Shown here piece after piece: positions 12,660-24,942 of a DNA stretch of 64,000 nucleotides. The position numbers and the translations under genes are program-made. Position 1 is the stretch's first letter. Each line of letters begins with the position of its first letter. The notes under the pieces were generated by a model. The model ran no database searches, was not told the DNA's origin, and saw only the letters and a program-made list of their open reading frames with translations. The stretch lies in contig NW_018407841.1 in NCBI RefSeq assembly GCF_002113885.1, forward strand, positions 103,996-167,995. The letters are read 5' to 3'. The DNA comes from Mizuhopecten yessoensis. Taxonomy: Eukaryota.

Positions 12660-13747
12660 GGGGGGGGGGGGTGATATCACCCGGGCTGATATCAACTTGT
12701 GAAAATTGTATACGTATTACACATACAAAAAGGGTGTAATTATTAGTAAACATATGATAGACGGGTTGATATCACCGTTGGTCGTCAGTGATACCGTCCT
12801 TAAGCTTCTCACATGCCTTGGATTTTCCCATACAAACAAAAAGTTACCAATTAGCATTACATTTCATCAGCAATATGAATATACATTTTTATCAAAATGG
12901 GAATTTCTAGATCGATTTATATTAAAATCTATTATTCCTACTGCGTCGCAGCTGTGAGTTAACTTCAATATTATTATTGTAATAGTTGATTAGTTCAGCT
13001 GGAAGCCTGCCAAATTACAGCCTGTATATCTATACTTTGCACATTATAATTATGAAAATGTAATTATTGTATGTCAATTAAATCGATAAACTGTTTGAAC
13101 TAGTATTTGATTTATTTATGATAAAAGTCTTAAAAGTTAATATTAACCGTCACGGGGAGTTGGAATTTCATGTGATAAACCACGGAATTAGATTGGATTA
13201 TCTAAGTCCGTGGATAAACTGAGTATCTTGTATACTGTACATGTACAATAAGTATCAATTTAGTATCTTGATTACTTTATGTAATGAAAGACAAATTAAA
13301 CAATATTGGTTTTCACTCCTGTAGTAACTTAGACCTGACCGGCTACAATTCAATAAAACATCTCGACAACCGCTCTTATTCTTATAAAATACAAAACGGA
13401 AATTCATACTTTTTCTCATTTCAAATCATATTTTATTGCATTTAAAAACAATTTGATGCATTTATTCAGCGCCTTAATTAAAGCCTTTTCCAGAAAAACG
13501 GAAATACACACTTGAGGTATGGCTTTTTGAATGTCTCTGAGGTATAAGACTCCTAGTAAAACGGTTAATCATAGGCCTACTGGCTGCTGGTACGTTTCAT
13601 TGGCTATGAGAAGAGAATGGGGAATCCCCTTGCGCATCTATTAATATTTCCATGGTATGAAATGTGTCACATACAATTTCCGTTAGGCTGTAAAGACCCG
13701 GTTGGTAGAGGTTACACATGCTGAATTTTACCTGACAACCAATCGAT

Positions 13748-14379
13748 ATGTACAGCTTTCGTCATAACAACAGAGGAAGGGATGTCCCAGATACTGGTCT
13801 GCAGAGAACATCCTACAAGTTCATGTCCGATGAAGTGGAACCAGAAATTCGCTGTGAGACAGCGGGAAAATTGCGCGGTTCGGTGATCTCTCATAGAGTA
13901 AACAATGACGTAGCCACTGACCATAACGGAACATCAGACGTTGGCGATTCAACCGCGCTGAATATGGAGAAAGCCGGGGATGACCCCCTTGACGTCAGTG
14001 ATGCAACGCTCCTACCTAGGGATCAGTATGACCTCGCTGACCTGACCCGTCAAAATAACGGCAGTTGTCAATCGTCGGTCAAAACCTGGCCGCCTGTTTA
14101 CACCAGACTGGACCTCGCGTTCTCGATCACATCCCTTGTCATGTTTGCAGTGGACCTCGGGACGGACGTCGCGCTAGTGGTGAAGTATCACGTGACTGAC
14201 CAGTACCTTCTGAGGAATTTGACCCTGGGCTTCATCTTGGTCCCATCATTAGCGTCAGGTTGTGGGTCCGTCGTGTGGAGCTACATAGACTACAGGAACC
14301 ATGTGCGTCATAACAGGAGCAAGTGGCCCATGGTCGTCCGATGTTTGTTTACGTTTTTCCAACTAGGCAGAGTGTACAG
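13748..14379 (+). CDS. XK-related protein A, coding exon 1
   Basis: XK-family TM1 ..FAVDLGTDVALV.., LTLGFILVPSL and FQLGRVYR. Donor AG|gtgggt, phase 2. The start codon is the first in-frame ATG and is not certain. Confidence 0.85.
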
Positions 14380-14461
14380 GTGGGTACCAGAATATTACAT
14401 AATCACTTAATAAGTCCAAATCATGACTTTTAATCTCCTATAACTTATGTATTGATGTCAC

Positions 14462-14491
14462 CAGAGACGTATAATACATTATAGGTCTCTG
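14462..14491. mobile_element. 30-bp mini-element, TIR CAGAGAC, 7-bp TSD
   Basis: atgtcac|cagagac...gtctctg|atgtcac. Confidence 0.7.
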
Positions 14492-15309
14492 ATGTCACAA
14501 AGGAGACAGTCAGGTATTTCAGACTCAATGTCACATTCACCTTCGTGACAAAATCTTCAAAAAGGTGGTCACTATATGGTAGAACATGTCTCTATAATGA
14601 CCCTACCCCTAATGCCAAGGTCACAGCAAGGAGGTCAAAGGTCAGTAATATCTCTTCATAAATAGTTCCTGGTGGAGCCGTTGATTTTAAACCTCTGACC
14701 GTTATGCAGACCTGCTAACCTTTGAATCTCCCAATGGGGGTCATGACCCCCATTGGGAAATTCTGTGGAGGGTGATAACGCGCGAACGAAAATTTGTGTG
14801 GAAATTTAGTAATTTCGCGGGGTCTCGGCTTTACAACGTATTATGTTTTGTCTTCTGGCAAGATCAATGACTTTTTTGAAATTTTTATGTCTGATGAAAT
14901 TTCGTTACTTATATATTGCTAGATAGTGTGTTGTGTGCCAGGTTACATTAAGGTAGATTTATGGTCATGTAACAAGCACCTTAGCTTCTGGCTTTGGGCT
15001 AAATGGAAAATTCTCTTTAGCTCCATCCCCTATGCCGAAGAGCATTACTCACTTTTCTGCTACACTTTTATCTTTTTCGAAAATCAGTCGGGGAACAGCT
15101 TTGGAATCCCCTGTTCCTTTTGATTTCATTCATTATAATTAATTATCACTGATAATATCTTTTATGTTGTTTGTTGAGGATGTGCTTTAACTTGCATTTT
15201 ATATTTGTAAAAACTATTTCAAGAAATGGGTATTGTCACATCTAATATTTTCTGTACTGATTCTCTAACACACAATGTTGGGCCTCAAACTTTTTTTTTT
15301 TTAATTAAG

Positions 15310-15515
15310 GATGGTGGAGTTTATCTACCACATTACCCGCACATGGAAGGAACAAGATCCTGAGAAGGTAAAAGACATTTCTCTCAAAGCCATTGAGCAG
15401 AAGAGGGATGCGGCCATCTTGGGGCTGGTGGATGGTTTCCTGGAGTCGACCTTACAATTATTGCTGCAGCTTTACCTTACCGTCCGTGCCTACGTGCCTC
15501 TGGATGAACTTAGAG
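15310..15515 (+). CDS. XK-related protein A, coding exon 2
   Basis: DAAILGLVDGFLESTLQLLLQLY matches the XK ES.PQL.LQ.Y region. Acceptor aag, donor gtaact, phases 2 and 1. Confidence 0.9.
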
Positions 15516-15539
15516 GTAACTATCATTTTTACTAGGTAA

Positions 15540-17411
15540 CTATTATTTGATCCTGTATAATAACTCTCGGTTAACTACCATGTGTTGCCATGACATCTAC
15601 ACTCATGTGACCCTGGATGAACTCTGAGGTCACTACCATGTTTTACCTTGATATCTACACTCACGTGACCCTGGATGAACTCTAAGGTGACTACCATGTT
15701 TTACCTTGACATCTACACTCACATGACCCTGGATGAACTCTAAGGTAACTACCATGTGTAACCTTGACATCTACACTAACATGACCCTGGATGAACCCTG
15801 AGGTAACTACCATGTGTTACCTTGACATCTACACTCACATGACCCTGGATGAACTCTAAGGTAACTGCCATGTTTTACCATACCATCCATACTTATATGA
15901 CCCTGGATGAACTCTGAGGTAACTACCATGTTTTACCATGAGAACTACACTCATGTGACCTTGATGAACTCTAAGGTAACTACCATGTGTTACCTTGACA
16001 TCTACACTCACATGACCCTGGATGAACTCTAAGGTTACTACCATGTGTTACCATGACATCTACACTAAAATGACCCTGGATGTACTCTAAGGTAACTACC
16101 ATGTTTTATCATATCATCCATACTTACATGACCCTGGATGAACTCTGAGGTAACTACCATGTTTTACCATGACATATACACTAACATGACCCTGGATGAA
16201 CTCTAAGGTAACTACCATGTGTTACCATGCCATCTACACTCACATGCCCCTGGATGAACTCTAAGGTAACTACCATGTGTTACCATGCCATCTACACTCA
16301 CATGCCCCTGGATGAACTCTAAGGTAACTACCATGTGTTACCATGCCATCTACACTCACATGCCCCTGGATGAACTCTAAGGTAACTACCATGTGTTACC
16401 ATGACATCTACACTCACACGACACTGGATGAACTCTAAGGTAACTACCATGTGTAACCTTGACATCTACACTCACCTGACCCTGGATGAACTCTAAGGTA
16501 ACTACCATGTTTTACCATGACATCCACACTCACGTGATCCTGGATGAACTCTAAGGTAACTACCATGTGTTACCATGACATCTACACTCACATGACCCTG
16601 GATTAACTCTAAGGTAACTACCATGTGTTACCATGACATCTACACTCACATGACCCCGGATGAACTCTGAGGTAACTACCATTTTTTACCATATCATCCA
16701 TACTTACATGACCCTGGATGAACTCTAAGGTAAATACCATGTTTTACCATATCATCCATACCTACATGACCCTGAATGAACTCTGAGGTAACTACCATGT
16801 TTTACCATATCATCCATACTTACATGACCCTGGATGAACTGTGAGGTAACTACCATGTTTTACCATATCATCCATACTAACATGACCCTCAATGAACTCT
16901 GAGGTAACTACCATGTTTTACCATATCATCCATACACCTTGACATCTACACTCACATGACCCTGGATGGACTCTGAGGTAACCACCATGTTTTACCTTAT
17001 CATACATACTTACATGACCCTAGATGGACTCTGAGGTAACTACCATATTTTACCATATCATCCATACTAACATGACCCTCAATGAACTCTGAGGTAACTA
17101 CCAAATTTTTCCTTATCATCCATACTTCCATGCACCTGGATGAACTGTGAGGTAACTACCATGTTTTACCATATCATCCATACTTACATGACCCTAGATG
17201 GACTCTGAGGTAACTACCATGTTTTACCATATCATCCATACCTACATGACCCTGGATGAACTCTGAGGTAACTACCATGTTTTACCATATCATCCATACC
17301 TACATGACCCTGGATGAACTCTGAGGTAACTACCATTTGTTACCACAGAATTAGATTATAAGTCCGTGGTGTTACCCTGACATCCATACTTACATGACCC
17401 TGGATGAACTT
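15540..17411 (+). repeat. Minisatellite, ~32 copies of 58 bp, derived from the XKR-A exon-2 end plus donor site
   Basis: Unit ccctggatgaactct(a/g)ag|gtaactaccatg...; the real junction reads ctctggatgaacttagag|gtaactatcat. Confidence 0.93.
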
Positions 17412-19614
17412 TAAATTGTATTGTCTTTGTTCACCTGTCAGAAGGGCGAATGAGGTAATGTCATGATCCAGCTTATGTTGTCTCTCATTTATCCATCATG
17501 TGTTTATTGAATTTTTACACTTCTTAATGACTTAGAGGCCTAGGGTGGTAATAATTAGCCAGTAGAATGCTTGAATAAAGGGCTATCAAGTCTGTTAAAA
17601 GAAATTAAAAGAACTTACCTTTACCCAGTTTCAAGGTCACAGAGGTCAAATCTTTCAACAACTTCAGCTAAATATTAAATAACTGAGGGAGGCCAGGGGT
17701 GATGATGTTCAGCAGAAAGCATTCTGAAAACCAGAGGTCCCGGGTTAAATGATTAAGGCATGCATAAAAAAGAAAGTCTATTATTTCATAAATTTGGTAC
17801 TGTGTAGAGCATTGTTGTTACCACTGGAAATATTTGAGACAAGCTCCTTCCGACGGGATGAGTATGTCGCCCTGTTAAAGTAATAGCCACTTCCTACCAA
17901 CTCCACTCAGGAGAATTTCCTTTACCGTGGCAAGCTCATTTGGTAGAACCTCTGCCTGGTAAATCAGAGGTCTGATGTTTGAACCCTAGCAGAGGTGTCG
18001 AGAAAGAATAGTGACCTCTCTTACACAACTATGTTAACATCCTTAAATGTCTTAATCTGAATAACAGAGGGGTATTAGGGTGGGCATATTTAGCCAGAGG
18101 GGTGTGATCCAGTTTTGGGGGGGGATGTTATATGTATATGGTTTGCAGTGTCCCCTGAAGTTTTGCAGAAAAAAAAGAAAGAAAAAAAGAGTTGTCTCCC
18201 TTGAAATATATATATCACAAGACAATTGTAATTCTGTAATCAAAATTGTCTGATGAACTTTATTATGCATCTAAGGTGAAGCAGAACTTAACAAAATATA
18301 AAATCAGTTCTTGTCAACTTTGTTTGCCGCTCAGACTTTATTGATAGTACTAGTTAAGGTAATAGGAATGTGTCACGATTTCTCAGTAGAATTTCTTAAA
18401 ATTTTGTAGTTATATTGCTCTGAAATTACGAAAATTTTCTGCCACAAAAAAATATAGGTTGTCATAATTTCAAGGAATTTAAATGGAAATTTATGTTAAA
18501 AGGAGCGACTTTTGAAAAAAAATTGAAAGACACAATTCTTTGCAAAATAATGTCAATAAAAATGATACTGCCATAGATTAGTATTGCATTAATGTATATC
18601 AATTTAATAAATGCTGAAATTATGTCAAATAAATTATCTATAAATGATTAAAAATTGACATTTTATAATAAAACCATATGCACATAGTACATTGTAATTG
18701 CAGGTAAGAGTTATCTTTCTTGAAAAACTTCACAGTAGTGAAATAGGTAGCCGGTTTCCTGAAGTACAGAAAAATGGATACATGTGGCTCATTGATAAAA
18801 AAACCTGTATTAATGCCTGCATTGCTTTGAAATACGTTAATACTGAGAGAAAACACTGTTCTGTCAATAATAAACATACAATATTCATCAGTTTAATATT
18901 CAACATTAGAATATGCGGAAATTGTGATACTGTCTCCCTAAATTGGATTTCCAACTAGAGATGTACTTCCTACTTCCGTTTATCAATACACTCCTATGAC
19001 CTTAAGCTCGTTTATTCTCAGTATACGTGTATCACATATCAATATATACAATCAATATACATGTATATACAATATATAACGATACGCACTGGAACATCTT
19101 ATATCATTACGACAATAAAAATGATCAACATTTAAAACTATTTGCTTTTCTTTTATTCAACTAGATTAATTTTTAATCCTGTACACGAAGGACACTGATA
19201 AAATGTGAGGCCAGTATCCAAAACACTGTCTGAATATGCTTCACCTATGATTATTTTATGATTATACGACAATTTTCATGCAACCTTGAAATGTAAAAAG
19301 CCGCAATTCTGACTCCAGTGCGTAAGTCTGTGACATCATGTACTTGTCCTAGGCGCGACGTCACAATTGAAACAATTGAAACTTACAACCAATCACAGGG
19401 CTGATAGTTCATATTACATGGGTTAATACGCAAACAAATATGATATGGGTATATTCACAGGATAACACAGTACATTATGTGATAAAACTATTTATACAAT
19501 GGTTAGCAATGGGAAAAATTCACCCTGGGTGAGAATATTGAAAGATTTGAAACCCCTACCCTTTAACCATATATGCATTGCTGGGCATGAAAGGATGAAT
19601 ACACATATACTACT

Positions 19615-19836
19615 AGGCTTGACTTAAGGGTCCACCCCTGCTCTACTGACTCTGCCCCTAGGCTTGACTTAAGGGTCCACCCCTGCTCTACTGACTCTGC
19701 CCCTAGACTTGACTTAAGGGTCCACCCCTGCTCTACTGACTCTGCCCCTAGACTTGACTTAAGGGTCCACCCCTGCTCTACTGACTCTGCCCCTAGGCTT
19801 GACTTAAGGGTCCACCCCTGCTCTACTGACTCTGCT
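19615..19836. repeat. Tandem repeat, 5 copies of 45 bp
   Basis: Unit taggcttgacttaagggtccacccctgctctactgactctgcccc. Confidence 0.95.
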
Positions 19837-20007
19837 CCTTGGTTAACACATGGAAACTGTTGAAATCCCCATCCAATATGAATATTTTGATAACTTAGTA
19901 ATTGAAATTAGGAAATGATCGAGATCCATAGCATAAATACCATTTCTGTTGTGTTTTTTTTAGTGGAACAAAGAAGTTATCATAATTGACTCCATGGTCT
20001 GTTTTTG

Positions 20008-20149
20008 ACACCTTGGACTTCGCTCCTTGGTCGTAATGGCAATGAATTTGTATATAACACCTTGGACTTCGTACCTTGGTCATAATGGCAATAATTTTGT
20101 ATATAACACCTTGGACTTCGTACCTTGGTCATAATGGCAATAATTTTGT
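20008..20149. repeat. Tandem repeat, 3 copies of ~49 bp
   Basis: Unit acaccttggacttcgtaccttggtcataatggcaataattttgtatata. Confidence 0.9.
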
Positions 20150-20441
20150 GTCTAACCATGTAGCAATATATGCGATAAGGGAGCATAAAGAGACGGAAGT
20201 AGCAACCCTGTGGGTCAAGAACTGCACACAGACGATCCTTCCACAAAATAAATTCAACCTTGTGACTTTACTTACAAATAGTTCAGGCCAACATTGTGTC
20301 ACCATATATTTGCTTGTTGGTCATGAAGAGAACTTTAAATAAATATTTAGGCGAGTGATTAGGACCTTCTTGGTCTCGTGTTAGAAACTTCTTTATTTTT
20401 TATTTTTGAATGCACTGTTAATATCTCTATTATCTTTTCAG

Positions 20442-21373
20442 TGTTGGCACTGCTGACATCATGGTTCTCAACAGCTCTGACGGTGACGTCATATTACCGT
20501 ACCGTGAGGCGGGCTATGAATGACAGATACAATGTCCGGTATGGTCCCTCTGCACTGTATATGGCCTATCGACTGTTCGAGCTCGGACCAAGGCTTCTGT
20601 TGCTGGGTCTGTGTGTTGCCTACTTCCTGAATATTCTGTTAGGAGCTGTTGCTTTGCATGTGATTGTCATGTTCCTCATGCACCTGTACATCAACCCCCG
20701 TCTCACTGGCGTATGCAATGGGCAGATCTGTCGCACTGTTTTTCTGCTGTTGATCAGCTTCATCAGTGTGTTTTGTTTTATAAACCTGAAGGACAGAAAG
20801 ACACTGTGGATAATGGTATTTTATTATGCAGTGTTCTATGTGGAAAACTTTGCAATAATGGGTGTGTTGGTGGGCCTTACTCAGGCGGGGATTATCTTCT
20901 ACTCCCCCTGGTATTTTACAGCTTACTCTGTCATCCCTGGGTTCGTCCTTCATATGTTGTGTCTCTCGCTGTACTACAAGTTCTGTCACCCTCAGAAAAC
21001 ACGCTGCAAGAATCAGTCTCCACTATACAAAACAAGTACAGAGCTGATACAGAAAAATGCAACTCCTTTCCGACAGGGATCTCTTGGGAACCTTTCCTCT
21101 CCGCATGAAAAAGAGGAAGAAGATCCTCTTTACAGGGAATCTCATAATGAAGAACTGATTCATCAGCTACTACAAAGTAAAGAGGCATCTGCTTTGTACA
21201 TATCTAGAAGCAACTCTGTGGATCAAGAACTACGCACAGACGATCCTTCCACAGACAAAAATCAACCTTGTGACTTTTCTCCATGTAATACTCAAGATAA
21301 TTCATCATCATCAGTGTTACAAAGAAACCATGTTTCTGGGAAAGAGAATGGCCTCTCAGAACAAAGACTCTAG
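20442..21373 (+). CDS. XK-related protein A, coding exon 3 (total ~589 aa, with ~120-aa hydrophilic C-tail)
   Basis: YRLFELGPR, FCFINL, YYAVFYVEN and LYYKFCHP are XK-family motifs. Acceptor ttttcag, stop TAG, AATAAA near 22085. Confidence 0.9.
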
Positions 21374-23013
21374 GAGATGTCCTCTACACAACATAGATTT
21401 GAAGAGACGTCCTCAACACAAGAAATGTGCCAAGATATTTCTTGCTCACAGGAAATGCTCAGAGAGTAGGCGAACACACATGAGATTATTTGGTTTTTTG
21501 AATTGATCTTATTGTTCCTGAAATGAAAAATCACGAACTGTTCCAACAATTATGTGCATGGTTGGACAACAGACTTCCTGAACAGATCTTTACAACTTTT
21601 AACAGTCCTTACAGGAGACAAGATGTACTAGTCCTTACAATGTACTGATAATGTGTTCCACTTTGTATTACCTCGAGATGTGTATAAATGGGATAAACCT
21701 AAGATGACTTATATTGGGATGTGTATAACTGTGTATTACATTAGGATATGTACAAATTTCTATATGGAACGGTGTGTGAAAGTGTAACTGGTGTTGAAGT
21801 CAGATTTTGTACAGGGACGTACTCACTAACGCGTGTCGCAATAGATGAATGACAGGCCGTCCTAGGGTTATCTTAACTTAGGATTGTTTTTACTTGTGAA
21901 AGGATGCATCATATTTTTGTGAGATAAGAAATGTGAGATGTCTATATTTGTTGATATCTTGTTTACATAGGCATTTAACTGAACATTTTGTTGAAAACTG
22001 TCTCGGTAGATCAATATATATATTTTTGTGCTTTATATTTGCATTTACAAAGATGATATTATAATTTCATGTTTTTCATGAAAAAATAAACATACTTGAA
22101 ATAATGTTATTTTGGTTTTGTTTGCACTTGTGGGTTGTGGAGGTGTGGTAGTTGAGTGCCTTTACTAGTTCAAAGTGAAATTAAAAAAAAATACCCAGCA
22201 AAAGCCGATACGGAAAGACACCCGTCAAAACGTCTATTAAATTTAGGAAGATAGTGTAACAACCAAGGAATAAGAAAGGGAATTACTGCCTTACCAGAAA
22301 CTAGCTTTTCCACCAATGCAGTATGACGCGCTCGCTAGTCCAGTCGAATATGGTCAGTGGCTGGATGTATGCTTGCCTGCATTTGGTCGCAGCGGTGAGA
22401 TCCTTTAGCTAGGGAACCACTTAGGTCAGTTCCTGATTGCTAGAGAAAGTGCATTTGTACACCGGGAGACCAACAGGATTGCCTTAACCAATACAGCCAA
22501 TTCGTATAGATCTTAGCCAATTTCCGAATGGTAAATCTTTGCAACCACCTCTTTGAATCCCGGAATTCTACTCCGCGTACGTGACAAGAGCCGTTTCCCA
22601 TAAGATAATCGTGTAGTACAATTGATTTAACAATATACAATATTGTTCGAACCAAGTCCAATATTCTTAAGGGGTAACACCTATTTATACTGATGAATCT
22701 TTACTGTGTTGCTATTTTATTTTAATCTACGTCACCGTTAGTCGTGCTTCAGCTGTTTGCCATCTACCTAATTTTGAGAATCCACGAGTTCTGTATAATC
22801 CATCGTTGATCCGTGTACATTTTGCCATTTACGTGTAATTATAGTCTGTGTTGTATGCTGTGCACTAATAATCAGTCTTTATGAGTTCACCCATTTTGGT
22901 GAGGGTGAAAACAGCGAAATTTAAACTGCCGTGAAAATTTCCCAGTATACAGTATCCTGACTGGTACATTTTGAAAAACTGCTGCCTTTTCTACCTCCAG
23001 CTAGATCAACTGC

Positions 23014-23444
23014 ATTTCAATGTATGTCACTCTGTCCTGACAAAACGATGAAGGGAGAGACGGACTGATTTCAATGTATGTCACTCTGTCCTGACAAAAC
23101 GATGAAGGGAGAGACGGAGTGATTTCAATGTATGTCACTCTGTCCTGACAAAATGATGAAGGGAGAGACTGACTGATTTCAATGTATGTCACTCTGTCCT
23201 GACAAAACGATGAAGGGAGAGACGGACTGATTTCAATGTATGTCACTCTGTCCTGACAAAACGATGAAGGGAGAGACGGAGTGATTTCAATGTATGTCAC
23301 TCTGTCCTGACAAAATGATGAAGGGAGAGACTGACTGATTTCAATGTATGTCACTCTGTCCTGACAAAACGATGAAGGGAGAGACTGACTGATTTTAATG
23401 TATGTCACTCTGTCCTGACAAACCGATGAAGGGAAAGACTGACA
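23014..23444. repeat. Tandem repeat, 8 copies of 54 bp
   Basis: Unit tttcaatgtatgtcactctgtcctgacaaaacgatgaagggagagacggactga. Confidence 0.95.
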
Positions 23445-24552
23445 ACAGTAAAAGAAAAAATGTGTAATTGGCCTCAACCCTGAACATTTTGGTCAAGTCT
23501 ACGACTTTTTTCACATACGCATATTAGCATCCTGGATTTCAGGGGTAGTTGCAAAGATTTAACGTTCGGTGATTGGCTACTATTTGACTGTATGAGGGGA
23601 TACTGCCTTACTGGCTAGCTAGCTTTCCCAATGATGCAGTAAAGCCAATGGACACGAGGTACAGTAATGTCTAGCGTAGTCAGTGGTGTGAGGGTTGCAC
23701 CCGCACGTTAAACTTTGTGACAGTGGGGTCCTGGGCCACCGTGTAAGGCTAGTTGGTACACAGGGAGGACCCATGGTATTCCCCAGTCAAGATCTCGTAC
23801 GGGAAAAGTGGAACAGCTAATGAATAAGAGGGGGAAGTGTGTTTGTTTGGCGTTCAACATTCTTGCAACAACCATTGCATATGCGGACGGAGAGTGGGAC
23901 ATCCTGCTAGTTTTCCATGGATGCAGTTCAACCCTGTGATGCGATCACTACTTCAGCAACGTCGAGCGTGGTCAGTGGCTGGACAGGTGCCCTTCCGCAC
24001 GTTAGAGTAGGATTCTCACCAAACGGTCGAATATATCGTGTACACTGAAATGGTACTTGACACGTTTATCAAATAATTCTGTAGTATATAGTGACATTTT
24101 TGCCATTCTTTTATGTCTAAGAATTTGGTAGAAAGTGTCATAATTGTCACACTATATCATAAATGATCGCTATATGCTTTTGAGTTTTGTAAAATAAAAT
24201 GTTGCTAGAGCGATGACCAAAACAAAAATTCATAAGAAGTAACGATAACCTTTTCATTGACACACTGAAACACGAAAATGCTCGAGATTTTCCCATACCT
24301 GTCCAATATATGACGTTTGATGAAGAATTTGTCAGGAATGAAGTCACTGGAGCGGCGACATCAAAAAGTAACGGCGACTTTGGTCTTCGCACCCTCGAAC
24401 TCGTTCTAGGTAATTATATAGTTGTCAACTATTTAAAATTTAACTGAGCGCATGGAAGGAACACATAGTCAAATTTAGCCTCGCATGCTACAGAGCGAGA
24501 GGTACAGACCAGGAGTGTGTACCAGTTACACCAGTAGATGCATCAATAGTAG

Positions 24553-24942
24553 TGTAACAGGATAGAGAATAGAGTGCTTCCACCGGGGATCGAACCCGCG
24601 ACCTCCAGGTTCCTAGTCGGACCCTCTACCACTGAGCTAAATTCCCTCTAGCACGAAGCCGACCTTAATCCTATGTACAATTGAACCCTGACACACTACT
24701 TCCCCCTTTTTAAATGTGTTCGTCCTCGAACACCACAACACAGGTTCTAACTTCCTGTCACTACAGGAAGGGCCACGGACACCATTTGTAACAGGAAAGA
24801 GAATAGTGTGCTTCCACCGGGGATCGAACCCGCGATCTACAGGTTCCTAGTCGGACGCTCTACCACTGAGCTAAAGGGAAATTGCCTCTAGCTCGAAGCT
24901 AGAAGGCGACCTTAATCCTATGTACAATTGAACCCTGGCACA
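24553..24942 (-). mobile_element. TRIM (miniature LTR retrotransposon) with tRNA-like LTRs, Helenus-like
   Basis: LTRs at 24553-24695 and 24787-24942, both TG...CA. 4-bp TSD GTAG. Minus-strand PBS tggtgtcc and PPT aaaaagggggaagtag. Each LTR holds A-box tagctcagtggtagag and B-box ggttcgatccc. Confidence 0.88.

Noticed and set aside
12424-12753. ORFs crossing the N run
   Set aside because: Artefacts of the assembly gap.
23001-23477. 158-aa minus-strand ORF with an 18-aa repeat
   Set aside because: A by-product of the 54-bp unit length, with no ATG start and no domain.
23618-23660. Faint resemblance to the U4 snRNA 5' end
   Set aside because: Short gapped match only, with no Sm site or 3' stem-loops.
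24575-24880. Two tRNA-like sequences
   Set aside because: The anticodon and acceptor stems do not pair properly. They are parts of the TRIM LTRs.
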